A stretch of DNA of 64,000 bases from Acidobacteriota bacterium (GTDB taxonomy: Bacteria; Acidobacteriota; Vicinamibacteria; Vicinamibacterales; UBA2999). Shown in pieces: positions 18,888 to 27,621 of the stretch. The DNA is taken from positions 14,080-78,079 of the forward strand of contig JACPTI010000077.1 in the NCBI GenBank assembly GCA_016192845.1, given 5' to 3'. A program made the position numbers and the translations under genes. The notes beneath the pieces are model-generated. The model was not told where the DNA came from, did not search any database, and saw nothing but the letters and a program-made list of their open reading frames with translations. The number at the start of each line of letters is the position of its first letter. Positions within the stretch are counted from its first letter, which is position 1.

Positions 18888-19814
18888 CTACAACCGAACG
18901 ACCGATCGCAGCTGCGCGACCAGCTGATCCCACCCGTAGCGGGTGTGCGCGATGTCGCGGGCCGCCAGGCCGATGCGCCGCGTCTCATCGAGGTCCGGCA
19001 GCCGGTCGCAGCAGTTGATGTCGATCACGTTTCTCATGTGCACGAGACCCGCCGGCGAGTGACCGTCCAGGTTCGTGATGACCGCACAGCCGCTTTCCAT
19101 CGCGGCGTTCACCGTCGTGTTGTTCGCGCGCAGCCCCTTCTCGAAGAAGGCCGCGATGTACGTGCAGTCAATCAGATGGTTGTACACCGCGGTATCGGAC
19201 AGATAGCCCATGAAGTACACATGACGGTCGAAGATCGACTGGAGCTCCTCGAACCGGACGACGAACGACCCGTCGAAGCTCGTGTTCTCGTGGAGCGCCG
19301 TGGAGACGTACACCGAATAGCTCTTGCCCGTCGCCTCCAGCAGGTCGCGCAGCCGGCGGTACAAGGGCACGCGGATCTTGTGGGCCATCCCGAAGGTGAA
19401 CACCGAGAGATCGGTGCGCTGGTACCGCTGCGGACCGAGAATCGTGCCCGGGCAGAACATCTCCTGCAGATCGGGACGCGCCGGGCGGAGCGTCCGGGCG
19501 AGCTCCGCGTTGGCGACCGAGACGCGCGCCGCCGCCGCCAGCAGCCGCTGCTCGACGGGGGTGCCGTCGAACGCGTGCAGGAACAGTTCGAAGCACCCCG
19601 CATGCGCGCGGCCCCAGGCATCGAGGTCGGCGGCGTCCGATTCACTGAACTCCGACAGCTTGATCGAGAGCAGCGGACGCCGGTACCGGGTCAGCGCGCC
19701 GTCGCGGATGCCCACCACGGGCAGGCCGAGATGCCGCGCCAGGATCATGTTGAACTTGGCGATCCCACACGTCCACGGATTCAGGTGGTACCCGGCAACA
19801 CAGTCAATCATCAC
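18888..19814 (-). CDS. Hypothetical protein, probably a divergent GT-B glycosyltransferase
   Basis: Clean 308-aa ORF with GC-rich codon use. CGIAKFN near the N-terminus and NNTTVNAAMESGCAVITN resemble GT4 C-terminal motifs. Confidence 0.6.
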   Translation of the reverse strand: MMIDCVAGYHLNPWTCGIAKFNMILARHLGLPVVGIRDGALTRYRRPLLSIKLSEFSESDAADLDAWGRAHAGCFELFLHAFDGTPVEQRLLAAAARVSVANAELARTLRPARPDLQEMFCPGTILGPQRYQRTDLSVFTFGMAHKIRVPLYRRLRDLLEATGKSYSVYVSTALHENTSFDGSFVVRFEELQSIFDRHVYFMGYLSDTAVYNHLIDCTYIAAFFEKGLRANNTTVNAAMESGCAVITNLDGHSPAGLVHMRNVIDINCCDRLPDLDETRRIGLAARDIAHTRYGWDQLVAQLRSVVRL

Positions 19815-19832
19815 GCCTCAGGCGCAGCAATG

Positions 19833-19896
19833 GTAGCGAAGCTTCGCCTCAAACCGCCGAGTCACGGCACCTGCGAGACAGGCGAATCTTCGCTAC
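19833..19896. repeat. GTAG-type REP doublet (REPIN-like)
   Basis: GTAGCGAAGCTTCGCCT (19833-19849) and AGGCGAATCTTCGCTAC (19880-19896) are inverted with 1 mismatch. Each is GTAG followed by a short palindrome. Confidence 0.75.
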
Positions 19897-19910
19897 TAGT
19901 GGAGCGGCCT

Positions 19911-19916
19911 ATTCTA
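19911..19916 (-). promoter_or_regulatory. Putative -10 element (TAGAAT) for the downstream sub-operon starting at 19814
   Basis: Minus strand GCGG-TAGAAT-AGG in one of the few long intergenic gaps. Confidence 0.35.
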
Positions 19917-19947
19917 CCGCACGTCGCGAGACGGCGGGCCGAAAGCC

Positions 19948-20049
19948 GGGGCCCCCATCGCGCCCGCGCGATGCGGGGTCCCCACCGCGCACGCCTGCGC
20001 GGTGGGGTGCTGGTGGGGTGGCGTCGCGCGGACTTTGCGCGTTGGGGTG
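19948..20049. repeat. Nested GGGGCCCC..GGGGTG palindromic element, second locus
   Basis: Inner GGGGTCCCCACCGCGCACGCCTGCGCGGTGGGGTG (19975-20009) lies within outer GGGGCCCCCATCGCGC..TTTGCGCGTTGGGGTG. Confidence 0.8.
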
Positions 20050-20053
20050 CCAT

Positions 20054-21775
20054 TCAGACGAAACATGGAAGCCCGAGCCTCGCGTCCATACGGGCCGCTT
20101 TGCGGTCGACGGCCACCAGCACACGGAACCGCGGCCGGTCGTCGACGGTGATCACGCCGGCGTCGCGGTACCGTGCGGCGAGGTACCGCGAAACCAGGGG
20201 GTACTGTTCGTCGAAGTAGCCAAGCTCCTCGATGTCGGCGATCACGACCGGCACCGACTCGCGTGAGAGCCGCTCGAGCGCGCGTCGCTGAAACGCCTCC
20301 GAGGTGTAGAGCGACAGCTTGAACATCGCCTGGCCGGCCGCGAAACGGCGCCTCGCGAACACGTGGATCTCGTGAACCGGTCCGATCCCGAGCACGCGAT
20401 CGTCGGGACCCGTGCACTCGGCGACGTACCGGGCGGCGCGCAGCGTGCCCACTGCGTCGGCGTCGGTCCAGACGGCCGGCGGGACGCGCGCCAGTTCATC
20501 GCGCACCGCGCGATACCGCCGTACCGTTTCCTCCCAGGAGTCGGAGAGACCACCGGTGTCGAGCTCGCGGGCAACCTCGGAGAGCACCGAGCTTGTGCCG
20601 AGGGCGACGACGAGCAACGCGATCGGCGCCGCCACGACGGTCCGGCGGACGATCGTGGACGTCCAGAGCGGCGCGGCCCCGGCAACCCAGGCTGCCAGCA
20701 GCACGACGGCGACGACGCCGTCGCCGAAGCGCTCGGCGAGGTTCGCGCGAAGAAACGACATGTTCACGAACACCGTCATGACGAGCAGGCCGATCGCGGT
20801 GGCGCGGGCGTCCCGCGTGGGCCGTGGTCCATGCCGCGACGCGAGGCGGCCCAGCAGCACGGCGCCCGCGACGACCGGCACCGCCCAGAACACGTAGTAC
20901 GTCACCACTTCCAGATTCGAGCGCGCGAACGGCGCCGACGGATCCAGTGGCGGGAGCCTGAGATTTGTTCGAGCCTGCTCGGCCGCCACGGTGGCGGCGG
21001 CGTCGCGGACGTACTGCGGCAGCCCCTCGTACACCTGAATCCACACGGCGGACGGCAGCAGGCACACGACCGTCAGCGCCACATAGACCGCGGCGTGCCG
21101 GGCCGCGAGCCGCCATCGATCGGGATCCCGCGCCAGGAGTGCGGCGATGACGGCGCCAGCGACGTAGATCCCGAGGTCGTGGCGGAACAGCCCAGCCGCG
21201 GCAGTGACGAGAGCGGCCAGGCCGAGCCGCACCGGCGTCGGCCGCAGGGCGGACGCGCGGACCAGCCACAGACCGAGAGCCAGCGCCAGCACCTTCGGGT
21301 AGTTGTACAGCTTCGGTACCGTGGTGACCGCCACCGCCGTCGCGACGAGCGCCACCGACCATCGCCTGGACAGATCGAGCGCGAGGACGAATACGAGGGC
21401 GTGGGCGAGCGCCAGCAGGCCGACGGCGAGGTACGCCTCCGACAGCAGCGTGCGCCCGCCGAGCTGCTGCGCCCAGGCAGATACCGCGTAGGTGAGCGCC
21501 GGCCACGCGCCCCGCAGCTCGGCGTCGGCGAAGTCGCGCAGCGGCTGCTCGCCCGCGAGCAGGCTGTCGGCGCGAACGAGGTAGATGAAGTGATCGTTGT
21601 CGAAGCCGCCCAGCGAGCTGCCGAGCGCGTTGAAGCGGAAGAGGAACGCCATGGCGGCGACGGCGCACGCGCCCGCAGCGGCCAGAGCGATCTGGCGGGC
21701 GTTCCACCACCGTCGTCCGGCGGCATCGGGCGCGCGCGTGGCCGCTGCCCGTGGATCAGCAGCGCCAGCCGACAT
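20054..21775 (-). CDS. Polytopic membrane protein, possibly a GT-C fold transferase (ArnT/PMT-like)
   Basis: About 11-12 hydrophobic segments, acidic first loop FDNDHF..GEQPLRDF.D, soluble C-terminal domain. Confidence 0.65.
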   Translation of the reverse strand: MSAGAADPRAAATRAPDAAGRRWWNARQIALAAAGACAVAAMAFLFRFNALGSSLGGFDNDHFIYLVRADSLLAGEQPLRDFADAELRGAWPALTYAVSAWAQQLGGRTLLSEAYLAVGLLALAHALVFVLALDLSRRWSVALVATAVAVTTVPKLYNYPKVLALALGLWLVRASALRPTPVRLGLAALVTAAAGLFRHDLGIYVAGAVIAALLARDPDRWRLAARHAAVYVALTVVCLLPSAVWIQVYEGLPQYVRDAAATVAAEQARTNLRLPPLDPSAPFARSNLEVVTYYVFWAVPVVAGAVLLGRLASRHGPRPTRDARATAIGLLVMTVFVNMSFLRANLAERFGDGVVAVVLLAAWVAGAAPLWTSTIVRRTVVAAPIALLVVALGTSSVLSEVARELDTGGLSDSWEETVRRYRAVRDELARVPPAVWTDADAVGTLRAARYVAECTGPDDRVLGIGPVHEIHVFARRRFAAGQAMFKLSLYTSEAFQRRALERLSRESVPVVIADIEELGYFDEQYPLVSRYLAARYRDAGVITVDDRPRFRVLVAVDRKAARMDARLGLPCFV

Positions 21776-22844
21776 CGATACGGCGGAGCGCCCGGAGGTC
21801 GAGCGAAGTGAACTCGGCCGCTCCGACGCGGGCGCCCGCGAGACGCGCGATCATCAGATGCGGCCGCAGCAGGGCGTCGTCGGCGTAGACGGCGACCGTG
21901 GGCACCCCCATGAACGGGGCGAGCCACGCCAGACCGCCGCAGGTGCCGAGGAAATACCTGGCGTGGGCGGCCAGCGCCGACTGCACGCCCAGGTTCGTGC
22001 GCGGCGTCATCCATTCGCGGGCGCTGCGCACACCCGGGATGTCGTCGAACGTGTAGTCACGATGATCGTCGACCGCCAGGCCGGTCTCCAGCACGACGAC
22101 CGGTGTCCGCGCGGCGACCGTGCGCACGAGCGACCGGAGCATCTCGACGTTCTCGTCCGTCTCAGGAAGGGCCGTGCCGCTGTAGAACTTGACCGCCACG
22201 TATTCTTCCGGCAGATCCGCAAGCGCAGGACGTGGCGGCTTCGGCATCGCCGCGAAATCGGCGCGTGTGAGGAGAAAATCGACCGGCAGGTTCCCCTGCC
22301 AGACCTCGCGAAACAGCCGGAACAGCAGCGACGGGTGAAGGACGGCGGCCGGCGACGCCCCGTCGACCCGCTGCAGGAGCCACTGGTCGAGCGGGCCGGG
22401 ACGCGACTGCTTCCTCCCGCCGCCCTCCTCCGCCATCTGGCGTGCCTCGTTGCGGGCGGTGAGCTCGCCGGGCGAGAGGAGGTCGAACAGGTCGACATAC
22501 CGCGCCGCGATGCCGTCGTACCAGTGCTCGACGCCGCCGCGCGACACCACGGTGAGACGTTCCGGCGCCACGCGGTACCGGTCCTCCACCCAGCGGAGGA
22601 ACGGCAGCCAGTACAGCGCCTCATAGCCGACCTCGCCCAGCCATGGGCCGGCGACGATCGGATGGCGGCCAGAGACGAGGCGCACAATCTCCTGCTCGAC
22701 CTCGTGCGCGGCCGCGAGCATCGCGCGGTGCTCGGCCGCGCGCGTGCGGCGGCGCGCCAGGCGCACGAGCGGCTTGTGGATGCCCAGCAGGCGCACGATC
22801 GCCTTGCGGCTCAGGTTGCCGACGGCCGTTGCGAGTTGGGGCAC
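21756..22844 (-). CDS. Uncharacterised module-B protein (GPW..EVG.E.LYW family; putative glycosyltransferase)
   Basis: GPWLGEVGYEALYWLPF, SRGG..HWY, LHPS, YVAVKFY, NL.VQ, FLGTCGG. One of 5 paralogous domains in the window. Confidence 0.75.
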   Translation of the reverse strand: MPQLATAVGNLSRKAIVRLLGIHKPLVRLARRRTRAAEHRAMLAAAHEVEQEIVRLVSGRHPIVAGPWLGEVGYEALYWLPFLRWVEDRYRVAPERLTVVSRGGVEHWYDGIAARYVDLFDLLSPGELTARNEARQMAEEGGGRKQSRPGPLDQWLLQRVDGASPAAVLHPSLLFRLFREVWQGNLPVDFLLTRADFAAMPKPPRPALADLPEEYVAVKFYSGTALPETDENVEMLRSLVRTVAARTPVVVLETGLAVDDHRDYTFDDIPGVRSAREWMTPRTNLGVQSALAAHARYFLGTCGGLAWLAPFMGVPTVAVYADDALLRPHLMIARLAGARVGAAEFTSLDLRALRRIDVGWRC

Positions 22845-22854
22845 GAAGATGTCG

Positions 22855-23973
22855 TTACGCCGGAGCCGCGGCGGGGATGCCGGTGCGAATGACGTCCGCG
22901 ACGATCTCGATCTGCCGTTCCGTCAGCTCCGGGAACATCGGCAGCGACAGCACCTCGGCGGCCAGCCGCTCGGCCACGGGAAAGTCGCCGCGGCGGTAGC
23001 CCAGATCGCGGTAGGCGGGCTGGAGGTGCACGGGAACCGGATAGTGGACGGCCGTCTGCACGCCGGCGTCGGCGAGCCGGGCCTGCAGCGCGTCGCGCCG
23101 CGCCGCGCGGACCGCATAGACGTGAAACACGTGGCGCACGCCGTCGCGAGCGCGCGGCACCGCCACGGCGGTGTCGCTCAGGCACCGGGCGTACGACGCC
23201 GCATGCGCGCGCCGCGCCTCGGTCCAGCGCTCGAGATGGCGCAGCTTCACCTCGAGCACGGCGCCCTGCAGACCGTCCATCCGGTAGTTGAAGCCGCGCA
23301 CCGCGTGCGTATACCGCGTCTGCTCGCCCCAGCTCCGCAGGAGCCGGACGCGCGCCGCCAGCCCGGGATCGCTGGTCACGACAGCGCCCCCCTCGCCGCA
23401 GGCGCCGAGATTCTTGGTCGGATAGAAGCTGAAGCAGCCGAGCGTGCCCATCGATCCGCACCGGCGGCCGCGGTAGTCCGCGCCGTGCGCCTGGCACGCA
23501 TCCTCGACGACGGCGATCCCGCGGCGGCCGGCGATCTCGAGAATCGGATCCATGTCGGCGGGCTGGCCGTAGAGATGAACGGGGACGATCGCCGTGGTCC
23601 GCGGCGTGACGGCAGCCTCGAGGCGTGCCGGATCCATCGTGCAGTACGTGTCGTCGACATCCACGAACACCGGCTTCGCGCCCGCGCACTCGATGGCGGC
23701 GACGGTCGCGACGAAGGTGAACGGCACCGTGATGACCTCGTCGCCCGGCGATACGCCCGCCGCCAGCAGCGCCAGGTGCAGCGCGCTCGTGCCGCTGTTG
23801 ACGCCAACCGCTTCCGCGGCGCCGCAGTACGCCGCAAACGCCCGCTCGAAGCTCGACACCGCCGGCCCCAGCGCACACTGCCCGCTGTCGAGGACACGCT
23901 CCACGGCCGCGTCGATGTCGGCCTTGATCGACCGGTACTGGGCCTGGAGGTCGACGAGCGGAACGCGGGTCAT
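22855..23973 (-). CDS. DegT/DnrJ/EryC1/StrS PLP-dependent sugar aminotransferase
   Basis: VNSGTSAL, PVHLYGQ, EDACQAHG, FSFYPTKNLG, LSLPMFPEL. Start at MTRVP. Confidence 0.95.
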   Translation of the reverse strand: MTRVPLVDLQAQYRSIKADIDAAVERVLDSGQCALGPAVSSFERAFAAYCGAAEAVGVNSGTSALHLALLAAGVSPGDEVITVPFTFVATVAAIECAGAKPVFVDVDDTYCTMDPARLEAAVTPRTTAIVPVHLYGQPADMDPILEIAGRRGIAVVEDACQAHGADYRGRRCGSMGTLGCFSFYPTKNLGACGEGGAVVTSDPGLAARVRLLRSWGEQTRYTHAVRGFNYRMDGLQGAVLEVKLRHLERWTEARRAHAASYARCLSDTAVAVPRARDGVRHVFHVYAVRAARRDALQARLADAGVQTAVHYPVPVHLQPAYRDLGYRRGDFPVAERLAAEVLSLPMFPELTERQIEIVADVIRTGIPAAAPA

Positions 23974-24632
23974 ACCTTCTCCAGCACGAGCACGCGCCCC
24001 TTCTTGCCCCAGTCCATTCGGGCCTCCAGGTCGGGCCGCGACCGGCATCCCTCGAGGACGAACAGCAGGCGCAGCAGGTCCTTGTTGAGGAGCGTGATGT
24101 GCGTCGGATCGACGTCGAACTGCGTGGTGAAGTCGAGCAGGCTCGCCGGTTGCGGATGGAAGCGCGTGGTGACGTAGATGAACTTCGAGGTCATGCGGGC
24201 CATGTTGGCGACCGCCTGCCGCACCTGGAGCACGGTCAGGTGCTCGAGCACTTCGCGACAGACGACCAGGTCGTACGCGTTGGCCGGCTTGAGCGTCGGG
24301 TCGGTGACCTGCCCGATGGTGATGCGATCGCGCACCTCCGGGGTGGCCAGGCGCCTGCTGCTCTCGGCGAAGTCGATCCCCTCGACGTCGACGCCGATCT
24401 CCCAGAGCAGGTGCATCAACGCACCGGGGCCGCAGCCGAGGTCGAGCACCTTCTCCGGCTGGAACACCTCCTTGATGAGAAACGGGTTCTTCGCCTCGAT
24501 CCGGCGCCGCGTCTCCAGCGAGTAGTTGTTGCCTTCGGCGCGCCAGTCGCCCGTCCAGTACTCGGTGTCGTAGTGCCCGGACGCGACGGCCTGCTGCTCG
24601 TGCACCCGCGCTTCAAACTCGTGGATGTTCAT
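23970..24632 (-). CDS. Class I SAM-dependent methyltransferase
   Basis: VLDLGCGPG, GID, YDLVVCREVLEHL. Confidence 0.88.
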   Translation of the reverse strand: MNIHEFEARVHEQQAVASGHYDTEYWTGDWRAEGNNYSLETRRRIEAKNPFLIKEVFQPEKVLDLGCGPGALMHLLWEIGVDVEGIDFAESSRRLATPEVRDRITIGQVTDPTLKPANAYDLVVCREVLEHLTVLQVRQAVANMARMTSKFIYVTTRFHPQPASLLDFTTQFDVDPTHITLLNKDLLRLLFVLEGCRSRPDLEARMDWGKKGRVLVLEKV

Positions 24633-24636
24633 CTTC

Positions 24637-25013
24637 GGACCGCTATACGGCTCCTATTTCCTGACACCGGTTGCGTTGGCGCAGTCGTGGCGCGAATCCG
24701 GCTCCGGTCGCCGGACCGCGCTGCGAGGACGCTGCAGGCCGCTGGCCGGCCAGCTCCGTGAGCTGGCCTGGTCCCCCGAGTCTTCTCGCGCGGTCGGGCG
24801 ATCGGGATCGGCGACCTCCGAACGGTTTCGCGCCACAACTGCGCCAACACAACGCCCGGGGGATTAACGAAGATCTTGTAACCGCTCCGCGTCCTGAGGT
24901 CCGAGCCGTATAGCGGTCCTAGGCGCGCGGAGCGCGCCAAGCAGATACTGCCAACCAGCCAAGGGCTCGGCTCGCACACAACGGGATATCAAGGGCGAGC
25001 CCTTGGCCGGTTC
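24637..25013 (-). repeat. Tri-hairpin dispersed repeat, copy 2, with a ~250-bp expanded loop
   Basis: Perfect 17-bp IR GGACCGCTATACGGCTC (24637-24653) / GAGCCGTATAGCGGTCC (24903-24919), followed by GGCGCGC-gga-GCGCGCC, CAGATACTGCC and the CCAAGGGCTCG..CGAGCCCTTGG hairpin. Confidence 0.9.
24670..24853. mobile_element. MITE-like palindromic insert with 31-bp terminal inverted repeats
   Basis: 24670-24700 vs 24823-24853 match at 28/31. Further internal pairing. No convincing ORF. Absent from the loops of copies 1 and 3. Confidence 0.55.
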
Positions 25014-25444
25014 TGCTGCTCGGCAAACTGCTCGAGGATCCGGCTGGAGGAGTCGAGCACCGTATCCAGATAGACGATCTCGATGCCGTGCTCGCGGCAG
25101 ATGGCGACCTGCTCGGCCGGCAGCCGCCCGTCCCAGTCCTTCCCCTTCACGTAGTAGCGCGGCTGAAGCTCGCGCAACACGGTTTCCGTGTCGAACGGGT
25201 TGACGTGCGTGTATGTGATGTATCGGATGGCATCGACGATCGCCGCACGCTGGTCTTCCGGCAGCAGCGGCGGGTGCTTGGTCCGCACGTACTCGTCGCA
25301 CGCGACGTTGCACAGGAGCGGCACGCCCAGCGCGGCCGCCGCCCGGAAATACTCGATATGGCCGCGGTGCAGCGGATCGAAGGCGCCGTCCACCATCGCG
25401 ACGCGGCCCCGGTACGCCTTGAGCGCCTCGAACGCGACGATCAC
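24989..25444 (-). CDS. Cytidylyltransferase, HIGH family (TagD/RfaE domain II-like)
   Basis: DGAFDPLHRGH, YVKGKDW, DSSS. GTG start overlaps the upstream stop. The last codons are supplied by the repeat. Confidence 0.85.
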   Translation of the reverse strand: MIVAFEALKAYRGRVAMVDGAFDPLHRGHIEYFRAAAALGVPLLCNVACDEYVRTKHPPLLPEDQRAAIVDAIRYITYTHVNPFDTETVLRELQPRYYVKGKDWDGRLPAEQVAICREHGIEIVYLDTVLDSSSRILEQFAEQQNRPRARP

Positions 25445-26577
25445 GACCGGACCAGCAGCCCCTTCTCGCTCAGCTCGTCGAGCGCCCGGTCGAAGAAGTC
25501 GACCGCCACGTCCGGCGTCGTGCGCGCCCACTCAATCAGTTCCGCGAACCCCTTCTCGAGCGACACCTTGGGCCGGAAGCCGAGCGTCGCGACCGCCCTC
25601 GAGATGTCGGCGGTGTTGTGCCGGATGTCGAACCGGCGGCCCGTCTGCGTGACGAGCGGCTCGATATCGGTGCCCAGCAGGCGATTGAGCAGCCGCGCGA
25701 TCTCGAGAATCGTCACGGTCTCGCCGGAGCCAACGTTCACGGGCAGGAAATCCGCGCCGCTCTTCTCGAGCATCAGCACCAGGCAGTCGACGGCGTCATG
25801 AATCGACACGAAGTCGCGGAGCTGGCCGCCGTCCTCGAAGACCACCGGCTGCCGCCCGTTCAGCAGACGGCTCAGCCAGATCGCGGCGACGCCCGCGTAC
25901 GGATTGCTCAGGCTCTGGCGCGGCCCGTACACGTTGAAGAACCGCGGCGCGACGGCCGGAATGCCGTACGTCTTCCCGATGAGCAGCACCATCTCCTCCT
26001 GGTGGTACTTCGTCATCGAGTAGATGTTGTCGCGGTACAGCGGCTTGTCTTCCGGCGTCGCAATCGAGACGACGCCCGCGCGGCACACGGGGCAGCGCTG
26101 TTCCCAGTCGCGCGCCGCCAGCTGCGCTTCCGGACGGATCGGCGGCGCCACGACGCCATGGGCCTCGCACCGGTAGGCGCCCTCGCCGTAGACGCCAATG
26201 GACGAGGCCACGAGCACCTTCTGCACGCGATGTTTTGCGTTCACCAGGATATCGAGCAGCAGCGCGGTGCCGCGGGTGTTCACGTCCACGTAGCGGTCGA
26301 TCTGATACATGCTCTGGCCGACGCTCACGGCGGCGGCAAAGTGCACGACCGCGTCGGCCGCGAGGACGAGCGGCTCGAGCACCGACCGATCGCGCACGTC
26401 GCCGCGCACGTACGCCGCCCGCGGGTTGGCGTACGACGGCCACGCGCCCGACCGGTGCACCTGCGGCTCGAGGTTGTCGAGCACCGTCACGCGGTACGCG
26501 CGAGCCACCAGCGCGTCGACGAGGTGCGAGCCGATATAGCCGGCGCCTCCCGTCACGAGAATGGTCCTCATTTCCAC
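25441..26577 (-). CDS. NAD-dependent epimerase/dehydratase
   Basis: LVTGGAGYIGSH, HFAA.VSVGQS, YSMTK, RFFNVYGPRQ, EDGGQLRDFV. Confidence 0.92.
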   Translation of the reverse strand: MEMRTILVTGGAGYIGSHLVDALVARAYRVTVLDNLEPQVHRSGAWPSYANPRAAYVRGDVRDRSVLEPLVLAADAVVHFAAAVSVGQSMYQIDRYVDVNTRGTALLLDILVNAKHRVQKVLVASSIGVYGEGAYRCEAHGVVAPPIRPEAQLAARDWEQRCPVCRAGVVSIATPEDKPLYRDNIYSMTKYHQEEMVLLIGKTYGIPAVAPRFFNVYGPRQSLSNPYAGVAAIWLSRLLNGRQPVVFEDGGQLRDFVSIHDAVDCLVLMLEKSGADFLPVNVGSGETVTILEIARLLNRLLGTDIEPLVTQTGRRFDIRHNTADISRAVATLGFRPKVSLEKGFAELIEWARTTPDVAVDFFDRALDELSEKGLLVRS

Positions 26578-26589
26578 TCCTGTCGGCTG

Positions 26590-26606
26590 TCGGGGTCAGA
26601 CCCCGA
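26590..26606. repeat. GGGGTCAGACCCC short palindrome overlapping a stop codon
   Basis: TCGGGGTC-A-GACCCCGA. Contains the TGA of the module-B gene. Confidence 0.55.
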
Positions 26607-27591
26607 ACACCTGCAGCAGATCGCGCGCCCCGATGGCGGTAAACGCCGACGCCGCCATCTGCAAGTGCGACCGCGAGAATCCGTCGGCGTCGCCGTAGTA
26701 CGACGTCGACCGCACGCCGTAGAACGGCGCCAGGTACGCAAAGCCGCCGTAGGTGCCGACGAAGGCGTCGGCGTGCGCAACGATGGCGCTCTGGACGTGC
26801 AGGTTCTGCGACGGCGGGGCCGTGCCGGCCATATCCACAACGCCGTACGTCGTCACCGCGCACGCGCCGTGGTCGTCGATCGCCACACCGGCCGACAACG
26901 ACACCACCGGCCCGCGGTCGGCGAGCCGCGCCAGCTCGGCGCGCACGAAGGCCCGATTTTCCTCCGTCGCCGGAAAGCAGTCGTTGAAGTAGAACTTCGC
27001 CGCGACGTACCGCTCGGGCAGATTGAGACCGGTCATGCGCGGCGGCCGCTCGAGCCGCTGGTACCGCGTGTGCCGGTGGATCCAGTCTTCGTCGAGATGG
27101 CGCCACCAGAACGGGTTCATCAGATCGTACATGACCGACGGGTGCAGGACCGCTGTTGCCGCCGGCAACGAGGCTCGCACGCGGTCGAGCAGCTGCCGCT
27201 CGCGCTGTGTCAGGCGCGTCTGCTTCTGCTCGCCAGCCTCGCCCACGTGCGCCTCGCGCCATTGCCTGACCACGTCCGGCTGCACGTAGTCGAACACTTC
27301 GTAGTACCGCCCCGCGATCGGCGCGTACCAGGACCACGTGCCTCCGCGCGACAGAACGGCCAGCCGCTCGGGGGGCACGTGGAACTCGGACGCGAACCAG
27401 CGCAGGAACGGCGCCCAGTAGAGGATCTCGAAGCCGACCTCGCCCAACCACGGCCCCGCCAGAATCGGCCGGCCGCTTGAGGCCAGCGCCGCGAGGCGGT
27501 GCCGGATCCGCGCGCCGCGGTACCGACCGACGGGGCCGGCCGCGCGGCGGCGCACGGCCCGGGGGATCAGCCGTCGAAGCGGACCCTGCAC
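26596..27591 (-). CDS. Uncharacterised module-B protein
   Basis: GPWLGEVGFEILYWAPF, SRGG.WSWY, LHPS, YVAAKFY, NLHVQ, FVGTYGG. Start uncertain (GTG 27591 or ATG 27657). Confidence 0.75.
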   Translation of the reverse strand: MQGPLRRLIPRAVRRRAAGPVGRYRGARIRHRLAALASSGRPILAGPWLGEVGFEILYWAPFLRWFASEFHVPPERLAVLSRGGTWSWYAPIAGRYYEVFDYVQPDVVRQWREAHVGEAGEQKQTRLTQRERQLLDRVRASLPAATAVLHPSVMYDLMNPFWWRHLDEDWIHRHTRYQRLERPPRMTGLNLPERYVAAKFYFNDCFPATEENRAFVRAELARLADRGPVVSLSAGVAIDDHGACAVTTYGVVDMAGTAPPSQNLHVQSAIVAHADAFVGTYGGFAYLAPFYGVRSTSYYGDADGFSRSHLQMAASAFTAIGARDLLQVFGV

Positions 27592-27621
27592 CTCCCCCGT
27601 TACAATCTGTTTCGCGCCTGT

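Noticed and set aside
24629-24979. 116-aa ORF in the gap between the cytidylyltransferase and the methyltransferase, as a possible transposase
   Set aside because: The region is entirely nested inverted repeats and has no DDE or HUH motif.
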